From: a virus
Lineage: Duplodnaviria; Heunggongvirae; Uroviricota; Caudoviricetes
Reading direction: 5' to 3' (one strand)
DNA: 64,000 nucleotides
IMG/VR virus record: IMGVR_UViG_3300021255_000114
Location: 167,942 to 231,941 of that record
In this document: positions 15,092-25,995 of the stretch, one piece after another
Numbering within the stretch: position 1 is the stretch's first letter
Layout of the letters: every line of letters starts with the position of its first letter
Notes under the pieces: generated by a model
Database searches by the model: none
Told to the model about the DNA's origin: nothing
The model's input: the letters and a program-made list of their open reading frames with translations, nothing else
Translations under genes and position numbers: made by a program

Positions 15092-15486
15092 AATTCAAGA
15101 AGTTCGATAAAGATAAGCGTGGGCATTTTGGTTACTGGTTTAATCACGTCAAGGCGTTCAATTATGTTGCATGGAAATTGGATGTATGGAAATTCAAATA
15201 CCTGTTTCATGATTTTGAAAAACCATGGCTGATGCTGTTTTTCCTCGGTGATTATTCCAAGGTACAGAAATGGCACAGAACCCATAACGCACACCATTTG
15301 GAATATAAAGGTGAGCATGACTGGGAGGCTATGGTTTTAGATTGGCAATGCAGTCATTACACAAAAACGAGTAAGACATTGCTTGCAATCGGAGAAGCGA
15401 ACCGGAAACTCCATGACGGTGAAATGGATTATAATGATTATTGCAAGTTTGTTTCGGTAGCAAGGAAATTAGGGTTAACAGAATGA
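15088..15486 (+). CDS. Hypothetical protein, HD-like His motifs
   Basis: LFHD...WHRTHNAHH...MVLDW. Confidence 0.55.
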   Translation: MKFKKFDKDKRGHFGYWFNHVKAFNYVAWKLDVWKFKYLFHDFEKPWLMLFFLGDYSKVQKWHRTHNAHHLEYKGEHDWEAMVLDWQCSHYTKTSKTLLAIGEANRKLHDGEMDYNDYCKFVSVARKLGLTE

Positions 15487-15677
15487 AGAAACGCAGATTT
15501 GACGGTTCGTTGAATGAGCATTGGACGTGGCACGGCAAAAGCATGAAGTCGAAACATAAATATAATACGAGGGAGGAAGCGTTGAATGCTATCATTGAAC
15601 AGAAATTGGATACTAAAGGATATAACGCCTACGAGTGTAGCATATGTGGTATGTGGCATATCGGGCATAAACATTAA
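15483..15677 (+). CDS. Small Zn-binding hypothetical protein
   Basis: YECSICGMWHIGH. Confidence 0.6.
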   Translation: MKKRRFDGSLNEHWTWHGKSMKSKHKYNTREEALNAIIEQKLDTKGYNAYECSICGMWHIGHKH

Positions 15678-15690
15678 CTAAACACGAAAA

Positions 15691-16202
15691 ATGGATAACG
15701 AAACATTCCAAATGAAATATAGGTATTTTAGAGACATCGTATTTGATGGTAAATTACCGGAAAAGTAAATTTCAGCCAAAGGTCAAAAAATGATTTATTG
15801 GGGCACTTTTATGTTGATTATAAAACCGGTGATTATACTATAACTGTAACAGATAAATATGATATGCCGGAATGGCTTTTAGATAGTATAATTATCCATG
15901 AAATGGTGCATTTATACGACTACCATAATTTCCCGGAACATTTCCAAAAACAAACATTTGATAGATTGAGATTGGTAGAAAAGCATCATGAATTTATGAA
16001 GGGAGTATATGGTGATAATGCAGTAAAAAGAAAGGAATATAATTATATTTGGCTTTATGATTACTATAGAATGAAGGGCTATTATGATGTCCATAATACC
16101 GCTATTTTTAAAGAATTTATAAAAAAAGTTAACAAAAAAGGATATCTTTTAAGCCCTCATGTTACCAAAAAAATGATGGCTGCATGTAAAATTTTGAAGT
16201 AA
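15691..16202 (+). pseudogene. SprT-like metalloprotease gene with -1 frameshift near 15760
   Basis: MDNETF...KLPE stops at 15768; -1 frame continues KVNF...IIIHEMVHLY. Confidence 0.65.
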
Positions 16203-16219
16203 TTAAAACAATTGAAACG

Positions 16220-16838
16220 AATGGAAAAGAATAATCTAATAGTTGATTCAATTAAAATGTATGGTGGTTGGAGAAGGGCTTTGAATGCGGCACGTTTGAC
16301 CGCAGGTAAAAAACCTCTTGCTAAAGAGCCATCCGATAAGTGGAAGGCCAAGATGTTGTTGGCTGAACACAGTCCAATAAGATTGGTTGAGTATGATGGT
16401 ATATGGCATTTTATCAAAATGTGGATTACAACCCACCTCGTCCGCCATCATGAAGGTATTGAGAAATTTGTTGCAACACAACGAGTCGATAGAAACCCGG
16501 AATTAGCCGGTATGGATAGGGATGAACTACCGCAGGGATTAGAGAACACGATGATGATTTCGGCTAACGCACAAGCGATCATCAATATTTCAAGGAAACG
16601 CCTTTGTACTTGTGCATCACCGGAAACGCGTGAAGCATGGAAGGCTATGCTGGAGGAAATAAGGAAATGTGATCCTGTGTTAGTTGACAAATGTGTACCG
16701 GAATGTGTATATAGAGGTTTCTGTCCGGAATTTGATCGGTGTTGTGGATATTGCAACACAGAAGCCTTTTTGAATAAACTTAGGGATTACCGTGATATTG
16801 AGAAATATGCATCAACTAAAGATAAAGACAACAACTGA
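16220..16838 (+). CDS. thyX: Flavin-dependent thymidylate synthase
   Basis: AEHSPIR, THLVRH, SRKRLC, VPECVYRG. Confidence 0.8.
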
Positions 16839-17013
16839 AACCGAAGTAACCTGCAATGGCAAACCGGTTTATGAGGTTCTGAAGATGGCGGCAGACCTTG
16901 CACACGAGGTTTTAGAGGAATTATCAATATACCGTCAGGAACACGACCTTGACCCATTGACTTTTGAATGCGAGGGAAGCTGCTGTGCATTCCTCGATGA
17001 GATTGGAGATTGA
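16807..17013 (+). CDS. Hypothetical protein
   Basis: Short open frame between thyX and next gene. Confidence 0.5.
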   Translation: MHQLKIKTTTETEVTCNGKPVYEVLKMAADLAHEVLEELSIYRQEHDLDPLTFECEGSCCAFLDEIGD

Positions 17014-17018
17014 ATAAA

Positions 17019-17789
17019 ATGGAAACAATTGCACGTTATATACACGGCTCGGAGGATAGCACCGACCTTGATGTTATCTACATTGTAGACGAATTGCCTG
17101 ATAAGGCTGAATGCAAGAGGTGGTGTTCCGAGGACCCATTGGAGAACAGGAACCTTGCCACCATTGTTGATGGCCGGATTGATAAGGTGTACAAGGGAAG
17201 CCCCGATGAGGTCAACAATGCCCTGCTCAACACCTATATGCTGCATAAGCAGGACTTTCCTTTGCTTGTAACACATGAAGTGAACCGGAACCTTGAATTG
17301 AAGGCTATCCGCTCAATGCGGATGATATTATCACACCTTTCAAGAACAGAAATGCGCCCGTCAATCAAGGCTGCATTGCATGCAGATTGGATAATTAGAA
17401 AAAAGGTTTTGCAGGAAATCGCGGAGAATTGGTATAAAATAACCATTAATAATCGTGGGCATAAAATGTCTGCAAAGGATATATTGAAGGTTGTGGCTTT
17501 CCAATTAGGTCAAACAATTGCACTTATAAACGGGGAGGAATTGTACACCAAGTGGAAAATTTCAAACAAATACCCATATCTAAAACCATACCTATACAGG
17601 GAGGATGAAGCATTTGATAGGAATAACAGTGGCCTTGAAACCGCTATGTGGAGATATCTCTATCTTATAGAAACCACACCGTCATTGGAGATTGATTATA
17701 ATGTAACAGGTACGCAGGAAGTGCCGCTTATAAAGTTCAAGAATAGTGGTAATGTTTATAGCCTTATAACAGAGGAACTTATAAATTAA
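17019..17789 (+). CDS. Putative nucleotidyltransferase-fold protein
   Basis: HGSEDSTDLDVIY (GS..D.D motif). Confidence 0.55.
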   Translation: METIARYIHGSEDSTDLDVIYIVDELPDKAECKRWCSEDPLENRNLATIVDGRIDKVYKGSPDEVNNALLNTYMLHKQDFPLLVTHEVNRNLELKAIRSMRMILSHLSRTEMRPSIKAALHADWIIRKKVLQEIAENWYKITINNRGHKMSAKDILKVVAFQLGQTIALINGEELYTKWKISNKYPYLKPYLYREDEAFDRNNSGLETAMWRYLYLIETTPSLEIDYNVTGTQEVPLIKFKNSGNVYSLITEELIN

Positions 17790-17871
17790 TTAAGAAATTT
17801 TAAGAAAAAATTTTCTAAAAATACTAAGAAAATGGTATCTTTGCAATGGTGAAAAATAAATATGAAATAAT

Positions 17872-18327
17872 ATGAACTTGGAAGAGCCTATTGTTTCGGT
17901 TGAATTAGCGAAACTCTTGCCATCAAAAGGATATGATGTAATCACGGAGAAAACATGGGGAACTTACCCATCATATAAAGGGGAGCCGCTTGACTTTGAT
18001 CATGAAATGGAGTTGCGTGATGAGGGGGTACCCGATTCAGAGATTGTTGACATGGATGTGCTGTATGATTCTTGGTGGTTTCCAAATCATAATGGAAACA
18101 CTTATCCTGCACCGACACATGGTTTGCTAAACGACTGGCTTATTGAACGTTGGGGCATATGCATTCTTGTTGTCCCATATATTACCACTGAAGGTGTGAT
18201 GTGGTGCTGTGAGTGCAAACGGCTTCATAATGATATGATTGAGCCTTTATTTAATAAAGCCGGATTTTCGGAACGTTCCGAATGCTTTGAATATGGCGCA
18301 TTAAAGGCATTGGAGGAAATCATATAA
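17872..18327 (+). CDS. Hypothetical protein
   Basis: First gene after promoter. Confidence 0.65.
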   Translation: MNLEEPIVSVELAKLLPSKGYDVITEKTWGTYPSYKGEPLDFDHEMELRDEGVPDSEIVDMDVLYDSWWFPNHNGNTYPAPTHGLLNDWLIERWGICILVVPYITTEGVMWCCECKRLHNDMIEPLFNKAGFSERSECFEYGALKALEEII

Positions 18328-18510
18328 AAATATATTATGAAAAGATTTTTAAAAAATTGGTGGGGCATAATAGTGGTATTCCTCTTTATGGCAGGGATAT
18401 GCATTTGGGCCGGCACTTGGCCATCAAGCCAACGGTATCATAAATATCTGTATTGGGAGTATTTCTCAAACGACACAACCTTAGTTTTGAAGAAATAAAC
18501 CGCAACAATC

Positions 18511-18930
18511 ATGGAAAAGACCATTCAGGAATTCATAGAAAATTACAACGAACGAATCGACTGGAACATCGAGCTCCGCCAGCGCCTCAACAGCGAACTG
18601 TTCTCCGACCACGAGACCACAGCCGAAATCCTTGAGGACTATCTGTCCGACCGGAAGATCACTCCTGAGAACTACGAAATAACAGGTGCTGTCATATACA
18701 AGAACAGTCCCGCCCATTACGAGCTGCACGTCTACAGCTACCTCACTTATGGCGAGGCATACTTCTGGACGACTTTCGGAATGACCAAGGAGGAATACAT
18801 TGCCGACCGCATCAACGTCATCAAGAGGGTTCTTTCCCGAGAGATCGCCTCCACCGACAGCAAGATTGACGCTCTCACCATCAAGAAGGAAAAACTGGAA
18901 CAGTTCAATTGTAGAATTAATAATCTGTAA
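18511..18930 (+). CDS. Hypothetical protein, GC-richer codon usage
   Basis: 139-aa open frame. Confidence 0.65.
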   Translation: MEKTIQEFIENYNERIDWNIELRQRLNSELFSDHETTAEILEDYLSDRKITPENYEITGAVIYKNSPAHYELHVYSYLTYGEAYFWTTFGMTKEEYIADRINVIKRVLSREIASTDSKIDALTIKKEKLEQFNCRINNL

Positions 18931-18933
18931 GGA

Positions 18934-19239
18934 ATGGAAAACGTATGCGATAGAACGGTTGAGGAAGTGGACGTGCCAAACAACATTGAGGAAGCAATGA
19001 AAGCCCTTGATGTATTGCTGTCGGACGAAGATAAACACTACCTAAAGACCGAGCCGAAGGCGGCAATTATGGTACACCACACGCTCGGAAGGTGGATAAG
19101 GAACAATTGGGGATTGTGGCAAGAAGAATACAATGCCCTAAAGACACTGTTCACCAACATTGGAATCGAACATCCGGATGATATGTCGAATGAAATTATA
19201 AAGAAATACATAGAATACATAAAGGGAAAGGAAAAGTAA
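18934..19239 (+). CDS. Hypothetical protein
   Basis: HHTLGRWIRNNWGLW...HPDDMS conserved-looking motif. Confidence 0.7.
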   Translation: MENVCDRTVEEVDVPNNIEEAMKALDVLLSDEDKHYLKTEPKAAIMVHHTLGRWIRNNWGLWQEEYNALKTLFTNIGIEHPDDMSNEIIKKYIEYIKGKEK

Positions 19240-19240
19240 A

Positions 19241-19459
19241 ATGCCGATGAAACAGTTTTTTAAAATGTGGAGATTACAAAATGGTGAGGACCGCGAGAAA
19301 GCAAATAAGCAAATCATGGATAAAATAAATGATGGCTGGCTCATCAAGCAAATGGAACATATCCCAAGCAGTAAGGATGGAAACAGTCTTGTTTTTGCCG
19401 CATCTCTTGCTGTATTGTTTGAAAAAGAAGAAAACTGGGGGAATGATGGACGAGATTGA
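19241..19459 (+). CDS. Hypothetical protein
   Basis: Coupled open frame. Confidence 0.55.
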   Translation: MPMKQFFKMWRLQNGEDREKANKQIMDKINDGWLIKQMEHIPSSKDGNSLVFAASLAVLFEKEENWGNDGRD

Positions 19460-19652
19460 AAATAAGGCAAACATCCTATTGTCCGAAGCAATGGACTCCT
19501 ACTACAATACCATCAACCATTTCGGTGGCAAGTGGATATTGTCGGCACACGATTCCATTAAAGCGTGGCTTAGAGGATATAACGCCAACGAGCATAATAA
19601 TAAACTATATAACAAGGCACTTGAGTTGTTGGAAATAACTAAAATATATTAA
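19446..19652 (+). CDS. Hypothetical protein
   Basis: Coupled open frame. Confidence 0.5.
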   Translation: MDEIENKANILLSEAMDSYYNTINHFGGKWILSAHDSIKAWLRGYNANEHNNKLYNKALELLEITKIY

Positions 19653-19675
19653 TTAGGGATAAAATAAATTAAGTT

Positions 19676-19969
19676 ATGGTATTCTATCACGGAACCTCTC
19701 AAGAGAATTGGGAACAAATTCAGAAGGATGGTGAACTTTATGGATACAACCGGATTCTTTCAAACGACCGCAAGACAGTCCTTCAGGAGTTTAGGTTAAC
19801 ATATCTTGCAACTGAAAAGGAAGAAGCCGCCTGTTATGGCGACGTAATCCTTGAGGTTGAGTACGATCCGTATAGAGAAAATGCGCAGTGCAACCATTTT
19901 GAGGAAGGCTGTTGGCAGATACGTGTTTATGAAGCGATACCGTTGTCTAGCATAAAGAGAATACAATAA
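19676..19969 (+). CDS. Small ART-fold-like protein
   Basis: FYHGTS...I.KDG...YLAT...A..YG. Confidence 0.55.
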   Translation: MVFYHGTSQENWEQIQKDGELYGYNRILSNDRKTVLQEFRLTYLATEKEEAACYGDVILEVEYDPYRENAQCNHFEEGCWQIRVYEAIPLSSIKRIQ

Positions 19970-20216
19970 TGGCATTTCTAAAGAAACTACGCCACACCCA
20001 TGAATACTATTTTATTTCCAACCTGTACGGTGATCAAATAATAAGAAACGGTTTTAAACGTTCCATGTGGCGATGCAAAAAATGTGGAAAATGGAAGGCG
20101 CTCGATAGGCCTTATGATAAGGGCAAATACATTTAACATTTTTTAACCGATAAGATTTCTTCAATTCAAATATTTTCGGTATCTTTGTTTTGCTGAATAA
20201 AATAAAATTAAATATA

Positions 20217-20573
20217 ATGGACTATATTGGAGTGTTGAAACGCTTTGAATCCATTGTACATGATGGACTGTATTATATCCGGCTAGATGATGCTAAATTC
20301 CTGGTGGAAGAAATACTCAAGGACAAGAAGAAGGAATCCTTGATAGCAAAGTCCGTTATTCCGGTAATCGCATGGACGAAGGAGGATGACGAAAATTTCA
20401 GCCATATTATTGTTTTGCTGGATGGGCTTGCCGCTGATCTTGATGAAGGTGAAGATAGGGATCATGTGATTCATCTTATTGATTGGATGGAGGATTTTCA
20501 AAGTGCACTTTCAGAGGCCGGTTTGCGAAACCCGAAGGAATGTTCCGGAAATAATAAAAACAATATTGATTGA
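20217..20573 (+). CDS. Hypothetical protein
   Basis: After promoter; ends NID*. Confidence 0.6.
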   Translation: MDYIGVLKRFESIVHDGLYYIRLDDAKFLVEEILKDKKKESLIAKSVIPVIAWTKEDDENFSHIIVLLDGLAADLDEGEDRDHVIHLIDWMEDFQSALSEAGLRNPKECSGNNKNNID

Positions 20574-20576
20574 CAT

Positions 20577-20886
20577 GAAAGTAGGAAATTGGACAATTTA
20601 CTTCTACAACCCATTTAAAAAGTGGGGAGATAACGAACGCTTGATTGGAATTCAAGGCTATAAAGATTGGCACCATTCATTTGAGTATGACATGCGTTTT
20701 AGTTTGTTTGAAATCCCACATGTAACATTCTGTGCCGCATATACCAACGAAAAGAAACAGGAATACGTAACAAAATTCTATACCATTGCTTCAAAATCCT
20801 ATCGTCGTAGAAATGGTGGGCTTAAATGGCATTGGAAGCACATCGATAGTCAAGGTATCGACGAAGGAAGGTGCTCCGCAGGATGA
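20577..20886 (+). CDS. Hypothetical protein
   Basis: ATG after junction motif; approximate start. Confidence 0.55.
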
Positions 20887-20934
20887 ATTGTTTCATGTAG
20901 ATGTGAATATTGTCACAAACAAAAATAGGATATT

Positions 20935-21162
20935 ATGTGGTGTTTGGAAATTGCTGAGTGCTATGGCGCAGATATAGTTACTTATCCCGATTATTTCACG
21001 CGTTTTGATACGTATGAAGAATGTAAAGCATACTGTGATAAAGAAAACGAAAAATCAACTGATTCAACATATATTCAGCCTCACGAAATGTCCGATGGTG
21101 ATATTAAATCAGCCATAGAACAGGAAGAATATGAAAATGAGATACTTGATAGAATCTGGTGA
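20935..21162 (+). CDS. Hypothetical protein
   Basis: Open frame. Confidence 0.55.
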   Translation: MWCLEIAECYGADIVTYPDYFTRFDTYEECKAYCDKENEKSTDSTYIQPHEMSDGDIKSAIEQEEYENEILDRIW

Positions 21163-21524
21163 TTATGCATAAGATAAGTAAATATGATGAGTTGCTTACT
21201 CGACAGGAATTCAAGGAATATGCCCTTAATCTCTATAGGGGTAAATGCTGTATTCCTGGCTGTAGTGAGGATATGGTCGATGCCCATCATATCATGGATA
21301 GGAAACTATTTTCAAACGGTGGTTATTATCCGTCAAATTGTGCTCCGGTATGCTCAAGGCATCATATACAATGTGAAAATGGAGAAATACGCCTTGACCA
21401 GTTGATTGATTGGATTAAAATACCGCATGAAGCGCTTGTTAAACCGGATAAAATCAATTGCCTAACCAATGAAGAATATAAAGAACTCTTACTAAGCGGA
21501 TTCATTGATAAATGGGGAAATTAA
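21159..21524 (+). CDS. HNH-like protein
   Basis: CCIPGC...DAHHI...CSRHH. Confidence 0.6.
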   Translation: MIMHKISKYDELLTRQEFKEYALNLYRGKCCIPGCSEDMVDAHHIMDRKLFSNGGYYPSNCAPVCSRHHIQCENGEIRLDQLIDWIKIPHEALVKPDKINCLTNEEYKELLLSGFIDKWGN

Positions 21525-21526
21525 TT

Positions 21527-21859
21527 ATGGATAAAGAATATGTAGACAACGATGTATTTGTGTTCAGACTTGGCCTTCCTTGGGAACTTGCAAATCTTGA
21601 AATACCCATATATACTAATCCAGCGCCAGAACCGTGGCATAAAGATTATGATCCGGGGAATGATTTTACATTGGACGAGAGAGAGGATATGGTGAAGAAG
21701 GCTTATTTTACGCCTGAACGCATAAAAGAATTGAAGGTACAACTCATTAAAAAAATTGAGGAAATGGACAATCCATTTGAACGTATATCATGTGCTGATG
21801 TTGATGGCGGTTATAATGTGACTGAAGATAAATTGTTTCATATAAATTGGAAAAAATGA
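21527..21859 (+). CDS. Hypothetical protein
   Basis: Open frame. Confidence 0.55.
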   Translation: MDKEYVDNDVFVFRLGLPWELANLEIPIYTNPAPEPWHKDYDPGNDFTLDEREDMVKKAYFTPERIKELKVQLIKKIEEMDNPFERISCADVDGGYNVTEDKLFHINWKK

Positions 21860-22098
21860 AAAAGTTAATTATTGTAATTCTGTTGTTCATTGGTGTTTTG
21901 ACCTGTTGTAGTTGCACAACAGAAATTCAGGAACAGGACAAAATTGAAGTTAGTGATAGTAAACTTGTTTGCGTAATTGATGGCGTACGCATAAAAAAAG
22001 CAAAGGTCGGGAATCATGAATACCTATTTTCCAAGTATGACCGTAGTTTCAGCATGTGTCACTATGAGGACTGTGAATATTGTGGTAAACGTAAATAG
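21856..22098 (+). CDS. Putative lipoprotein
   Basis: MKKLII...LTCCSC signal/lipobox. Confidence 0.55.
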   Translation: MKKLIIVILLFIGVLTCCSCTTEIQEQDKIEVSDSKLVCVIDGVRIKKAKVGNHEYLFSKYDRSFSMCHYEDCEYCGKRK

Positions 22099-22109
22099 AA
22101 CATAAAATC

Positions 22110-22388
22110 ATGGACATCAATGAACTTCCTGTAGAGATTTTTCAGAAACTCTACAATCTTCGATTGAAAGAAGACGAAAACATTCCATACGATAAATATA
22201 TTTCGAGATTTACTTTCGTTGTTGTGGATGGAAAAGTCTATCATGATAATAGTGAACATTCCAAACAATTGGAGTTAGAATATTTTAAAGTTAAACATGG
22301 TATGTTACGTCTATTGTACATACCCGAAGTCATCGTGGATTCTGAAGGAGTCGTTATAAAGAACAGATACGGAAATAGAGAAGTATAA
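22110..22388 (+). CDS. Hypothetical protein
   Basis: Open frame. Confidence 0.55.
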   Translation: MDINELPVEIFQKLYNLRLKEDENIPYDKYISRFTFVVVDGKVYHDNSEHSKQLELEYFKVKHGMLRLLYIPEVIVDSEGVVIKNRYGNREV

Positions 22389-22402
22389 TTAAAAAAAATT
22401 AA

Positions 22403-22690
22403 ATGAAGACAAGACACATAAACAATTATAATAAACAAAGGAAAAGCCTGATTGAAAAAATAAAATCTGTTGGTGGGCTGAAATATTTTTCAGAACCTGT
22501 GAAGGTCATAGTGAATCCGTTCGAGGCAAGATTGAACGGAAAATTCGAACCCAAAGAGGTGAGTATTATTGGAGTTAGCACAATTCTTGGGTATCTTTCC
22601 CTCAATGCGATAGATGCTGGTTCTGTGGGTGTTTGTGCTGGCGATTTCTACGATGGAAACGAGTTCAAGAAACTTGAGGACGCAATTTAA
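22403..22690 (+). CDS. Hypothetical protein
   Basis: Open frame. Confidence 0.55.
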   Translation: MKTRHINNYNKQRKSLIEKIKSVGGLKYFSEPVKVIVNPFEARLNGKFEPKEVSIIGVSTILGYLSLNAIDAGSVGVCAGDFYDGNEFKKLEDAI

Positions 22691-22930
22691 CGTTTTTTAA
22701 GTTTTTCCATTTATCCCTTTACGTGATTTTTTGATATATTTAGATTGTTGAAACTATAGAAAATGGATAAAGAAATTTTGAAACAATTTGGCATAACCGA
22801 AGACGAATTCAAAGAAATGAGACGGGATTGGCAAAGCAAACGTCCGACAATGGACAAGACATATCTTCAATCACCGCAAGGCCGTCTCATGGACGCAATT
22901 TATGGAAAGAAAAACTAAAAGATTATTGTT

Positions 22931-23647
22931 ATGTACCTAAACGAAGAACATACGGATAAGTTATCCGAGATTAAACGGCAGATAAGTAATTTATATCATG
23001 ATTGTGATATCACCGCACGTGGGAGTGTAATTTGGGAAATCAGACGGTGTTTTGAAGATATGGAACGGCAGAATGAAGTTTCGTTCTTTGTGTGCAAAGG
23101 AAATGACCCACAATCCATTGGAACAATCAAGTTGGGAAACAGCGTGTATGTCATTGATCCATGCTATGAACCCGGTACTTGGTGTTCTGGTGAAGTGCAA
23201 AATTTAAAAACGGGTATATGGAAATGTTTCCGAAAGGTTGCCTACACTGATTGGGGATTCCGTATTGCCGAACTTATCATCCGTCACGAGGATTATCCTG
23301 AAGGTGATATTGAAACACTTATGGAAGGCGTTGATGTGGGTGTGGATTCCGGTCAAGCGGGTTTCTTCGATGCGGCATATTACGAGGAAATGAAATCGGA
23401 GGAAAACAATGAGGAATGGTATGATCGTATATGTGATATTACGCTTGGGGAACATAGTTGTGGAACAATCGACATGAAAGGTGTCGTCGCATCATCCGGT
23501 TTTGGTGATGGCGGTTATAACCTCTATGTTCATGAGGAAAACGGTAAAGTTGTTGGAATGAGAATAGAATTTATTTCTCAGGAAGAAGTTGATAGATATC
23601 ATCAGGAGTGGCTGAAGCCAAAAGAAAATAACAAGGATACGGATTAA
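22931..23647 (+). CDS. DUF4241-like protein
   Basis: GVDSGQAGFFD...SSGFGDGGY. Confidence 0.65.
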   Translation: MYLNEEHTDKLSEIKRQISNLYHDCDITARGSVIWEIRRCFEDMERQNEVSFFVCKGNDPQSIGTIKLGNSVYVIDPCYEPGTWCSGEVQNLKTGIWKCFRKVAYTDWGFRIAELIIRHEDYPEGDIETLMEGVDVGVDSGQAGFFDAAYYEEMKSEENNEEWYDRICDITLGEHSCGTIDMKGVVASSGFGDGGYNLYVHEENGKVVGMRIEFISQEEVDRYHQEWLKPKENNKDTD

Positions 23648-24296
23648 CATATCGAGGAACAGGAACTGAAAGCAAATCTGCTATTGCAGAAAATAGTGCA
23701 ATTGCCAAACGTAAAGGAATACTTCAGCAAGAAACTTTTCGAGGTATTGAACAATGGCTCTTGCGAAATAACAAAAAGCGACCTCGAGGAACTTTTAAAA
23801 AATATTGGATGATGGATAAACAGAAATACGGCGAGTCTATAGTCAATCAGATAATTGATGCCTACAAACACAGCCAGGAATTCCAAAACGACGCAATCAA
23901 ATTTGTCAAAACAGAAATACTCAATGAGATCAATGCACTAAATGCACAAACTTTTTGTGAGTTCAACAACAACGTAAGAAGCGATGAAAATGAAACAATT
24001 TCGAATGTTTGGACCGATGAACTATGCTTGAATGTTGAAATAGCAAAGCAGCGTCGTCAATATTTGGAGGAATTGTTTGAAATCACTTTTGGGGAAGGCG
24101 AACATGCAAGACCATGAAACAGATAATTGAAGAAACATTGGGTAATGGAAGGAAATAATGGCAAGTGATGATTGAACACCGTGTTTTACCACCACAAAAG
24201 GCCACCGGAGAGATTTAAACAACTTTTATGGATAGTTTTCCAACCAATCCTTGAAATGTACACAGAAGGGCTAAAATACAGTTAAATTTAAATTAT

Positions 24297-24509
24297 ATGG
24301 CAGGACAAGAGAAATATATAGACTTCGGAATTGCCCCATATGCACTTCCCGATGTATGCGAGGCACTTTTCAACAACGGAATACATAATGCCTTCTTAAC
24401 TCTTGAGGATGGCAATATCCATGTCAGGTGGAAGTATGATACAAGAAGAAAAATTATTGAGAATAACATTTGTAAAGACAATGATGGAGTAAATAATGGA
24501 GAAGCATGA
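24297..24509 (+). CDS. Hypothetical protein
   Basis: Open frame. Confidence 0.5.
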   Translation: MAGQEKYIDFGIAPYALPDVCEALFNNGIHNAFLTLEDGNIHVRWKYDTRRKIIENNICKDNDGVNNGEA

Positions 24510-24690
24510 ACTTTTAGATTCGGTACTTGATTTATACAATGACATTGAGAGTTGTATAAGTGACCTTACCCATAGCAGATTGCACCATGACGAGGAAATG
24601 GAGAAGAAAGCGGTATCTCAAATGGAGGCATTATTGGTTCAATGCCAACAGGAACTTGATGTGGTGGCGGATTATTTGGAGGATAATTAA
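24496..24690 (+). CDS. Hypothetical protein
   Basis: Open frame. Confidence 0.5.
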   Translation: MEKHELLDSVLDLYNDIESCISDLTHSRLHHDEEMEKKAVSQMEALLVQCQQELDVVADYLEDN

Positions 24691-24771
24691 TGACATACGC
24701 GGAAATAGAGAAATTAAGAATTGAGAAACTAATGAAAGAGCAATAGTCGTAAAACCGAAACAAAATAAAAC

Positions 24772-25101
24772 ATGGATTTTTTAGACGAATACAAGACATA
24801 CCTAAACGCGTATTCCGATATTTTCAAATTCGGTTTTGAGGATGAGAGTACCGGTATAGACAGTCAGTACGCAAACAACAAAAGCGCCTCCACTGGCGAG
24901 GATATTAAATGCCCGATGTGCGGAACAATATTCACGAAGAAACAGTACAGCCAGGCGTTTTGCTGCACCCAGTGCAAAGACGATTATTGGAATCTGAAAC
25001 GTGGGAAAAAGGAACCCGTTGAGGTCAAATACAGCTCAAATGTAATTGAAACAGGGCTAAAAGAATTTTTAAAATTAAAAGAACTTATATGGAAATTATA
25101 G
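24772..25101 (+). CDS. Zn-finger hypothetical protein
   Basis: CPMCG...FCCTQC. Confidence 0.6.
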   Translation: MDFLDEYKTYLNAYSDIFKFGFEDESTGIDSQYANNKSASTGEDIKCPMCGTIFTKKQYSQAFCCTQCKDDYWNLKRGKKEPVEVKYSSNVIETGLKEFLKLKELIWKL

Positions 25102-25475
25102 TAAGTGAAAAAATGATTAATGAAGAGGCTTCTTATCGTTTGGCGATAGAGAATGCAAAACGGGCGCTTCAGGCTACAGTTAATGAAATGGAACAATTCT
25201 ACAAGGAAGTATGTGGTGAACTGAACGATGAATATAAGCATCTAATCGGCAAAAAAGTTCGCATATACACCAAACCTTTCAACGACAGACAAAGGACTTA
25301 CGAAGGTTGTTTTTACGGTTTTGAGGTCAGAAGAGATGGTTACTGTGCCCAATACACTATGGCAACGCCACACGTAAAATTGTTCAAGTGCAAGAAAGAC
25401 GGCAGTGCGTCCAAAATCAAACAGGACGTTTACGAACCCGTTACCAAAATTGTTAAAATCGAGGAAATATCATAG
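25089..25475 (+). CDS. Hypothetical protein
   Basis: Open frame. Confidence 0.6.
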   Translation: MEIIVSEKMINEEASYRLAIENAKRALQATVNEMEQFYKEVCGELNDEYKHLIGKKVRIYTKPFNDRQRTYEGCFYGFEVRRDGYCAQYTMATPHVKLFKCKKDGSASKIKQDVYEPVTKIVKIEEIS

Positions 25476-25487
25476 AGCACACGAAAA

Positions 25488-25649
25488 ATGATCTGGTTTA
25501 TAATTTTATTGGCTATATTGGCCGTCGGCTCAATGCTTTGGGGAATTCATAACACGTTGAAAGAAGCCGAAGATTTAATTGAAGAAGAAAAATTAGAGGA
25601 AAAGAGTCAAGAACAACACGATACACGAACAGGCGGAGAAACTGATTGA
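25488..25649 (+). CDS. 53-aa membrane peptide, paralog of 36108-36269
   Basis: MIWFIILL...HDTRTGGETD* (hand translated). Confidence 0.6.
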   Translation: MIWFIILLAILAVGSMLWGIHNTLKEAEDLIEEEKLEEKSQEQHDTRTGGETD

Positions 25650-25734
25650 TTTTGTGGATTATAAGCACGTCTATCAACAGTATGAAGATGAGAACGTAGC
25701 AACAATAGTTTCAATAGAAGCAATATAAAATATT

Positions 25735-25995
25735 ATGGATAAAATAAAAAATCCCTGTTTGAGAGAAGAGTTGAAATGCCTTAGTGAAGACGAAAAAATC
25801 ACACTGGCAATGCGAATTGCCGAAAAAACCATTGGTTTTGACCTTCAGTCAATGGAATTTAATGACATCGGTAAAAACATCCAAGAACTGATTGAAAAAT
25901 GCACTAACGGTAAATTCACCACCAACGGTGCAAACGGCATAACAGAAGAAGTAATTGCTTATCCGAACGGAAATAATAATGGAGATACTTTTTAA
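25735..25995 (+). CDS. Hypothetical protein
   Basis: Open frame. Confidence 0.5.
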   Translation: MDKIKNPCLREELKCLSEDEKITLAMRIAEKTIGFDLQSMEFNDIGKNIQELIEKCTNGKFTTNGANGITEEVIAYPNGNNNGDTF

